DNA from: Laetmonice hystrix
Taxonomy: Eukaryota
Direction of reading: 5' to 3'
Length of the DNA stretch: 64,000 nucleotides
Assembly (NCBI GenBank): GCA_965235115.1
Contig: OZ249436.1
Coordinates: 52,700,001 to 52,764,000, forward strand
Position 1 is the stretch's first letter; the number at the start of each line of letters is the position of its first letter. Positions 62,657-64,000 of this stretch are shown piece after piece. The position numbers were made by a program, and so were the translations under genes. The notes beneath the pieces were generated by a model that was not told the origin of the DNA, ran no database searches, and was given only the letters and a program-made list of their open reading frames with translations.

Positions 62657-63227
62657 GATACACACCCTACATCCCTCATAATCCCCATCCCTCACTCCAC
62701 CTGACTCCTCCCTGAGACTCCTCAAGTTTCTATTTGTACTGTGCGATCACATTACACAATTACTTTGATGCCAATACTCTGATAAATTTCCATCTGCTGT
62801 AGATAAATCTGGGATGGCGCAAGCATCCGGTCGAGGGAGATGGCGTCAGTCACCTCAAGGCACGGGCAGATTATGACGAGAGGTTGTGGTATATAAAGCC
62901 GCACAGAGAACTATTTAAGCAGGTGGTGTGGTCCTTACAGATAAAGCATGGCCTCATTCTCTGAGCGCACATTAGCCTTGAATGCTGAACACTAACATAC
63001 GAGACCTATAGCGCCCAGAATCTTTTACTGCCATGGCATCATTATTTCCACTCGCCTGAGTTCTTCGCCTTGCCACCAGCACCACAACCAGGTGTGTTGG
63101 CTGGCTCCCCCCTGTCGACGGCATCTCACTGTTGGTAAACTTTCCCTCCCCCAAACACACACCTACTCCTCCCCTCTCCCACAGTGCACCAACACCGTTT
63201 CGCCGCTCACCTGAAAGGTCATGGCCG

Positions 63228-63246
63228 CCTCACCAGATGGCGCTCG
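63228..63246 (+). promoter_or_regulatory. CTCF-like motif (CCTCACCAGATGGCGCTCG)
   Basis: Strong core match; motif only. Confidence 0.45.
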
Positions 63247-64000
63247 CTCGGCGGCACGCTGGAGCGGGCCGATTGCAGCCCAATCAGTTGGTCCGACTCC
63301 CCGCTGGCAGTGCCAAGCCCCTTGGAACCGATGGGTGCACCCATTGAGCTCAAGATGGGGCACTCGCTCTGCAAACTGACATGTAAACGTCAAAGAGTCC
63401 AGATAGAAGGTAAACCTTTTCCCTCGGTGAGGCTCGTTCTTCTTTAGGGTCATGTGCTCGACTCCAAGGAGAGCATATAGAAAGAACCGCTATTTTAGAT
63501 GCAAGAGTCATTTCCGTTCCTTTTTAATTCAACCTTTCATTCTTTGAATATTTTAGTCTTGAGGGTCATTCTCAATTTTTGTTTGACCGTACGTTATGAA
63601 CTTTCCATTCCTTAGTAAATATTTATTTTTGCACCAAAAATGCCACTTGGATATTATACCCGTGTCTAGACGAGATCTGCGTATTCAAAAGCAGGTGATA
63701 CTGTTCTTTAGATTGATCAACCTGATTGAAACATTTGACAAACATCAATTGTTTGGTACTCTAGGAGGCAAGTCTCAAACCTTTTGGAATGGCCTTTAAA
63801 ATAAAACAAATGTTATTCTATTCTAAAATTCTAAACTTCCCAAGACTTATCTCTGAAAGTAAGGTTCAGTGTCTCGCAGCAGATTTAACGACAGAGCCAA
63901 AATTGAACTGTCATTGAAAAACACATTTATTGTGAATTAATTCATTGTTCCTCATCTTGAATATGAGCCCAACTCCATTACACATGTAGCTGGTTAAGCC

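Overview
Eukaryotic (animal, probably marine bilaterian invertebrate) genomic DNA with one 149-N assembly gap. No prokaryote-style operons, CRISPR arrays, rRNA or tRNA genes were seen. The only confident gene is an intronless SBK-family Ser/Thr kinase (51916-52977, +). It has an AUG-rich leader, and its UGA-C stop is followed by 85 more in-frame, coding-like codons, which makes it a stop-codon readthrough candidate. The rest is repeat-dominated. There are about a dozen minisatellites (10-99 bp units) and many short non-autonomous TIR elements; I could read target-site duplications of 5, 6, 9 and 10 bp for eight of them. There is also a foldback element, a probable Helitron 3' end, and old LINE remnants. 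One LINE RT fragment (28939-32078, -) can be rebuilt in frame by removing three nested MITEs, and it is flanked by a perfect 16-bp direct repeat although it has no 3' tail. Nearly all other ORFs in the supplied track are artefacts of repeats or random open frames. Species and TE superfamily assignments are not determinable without database searches.
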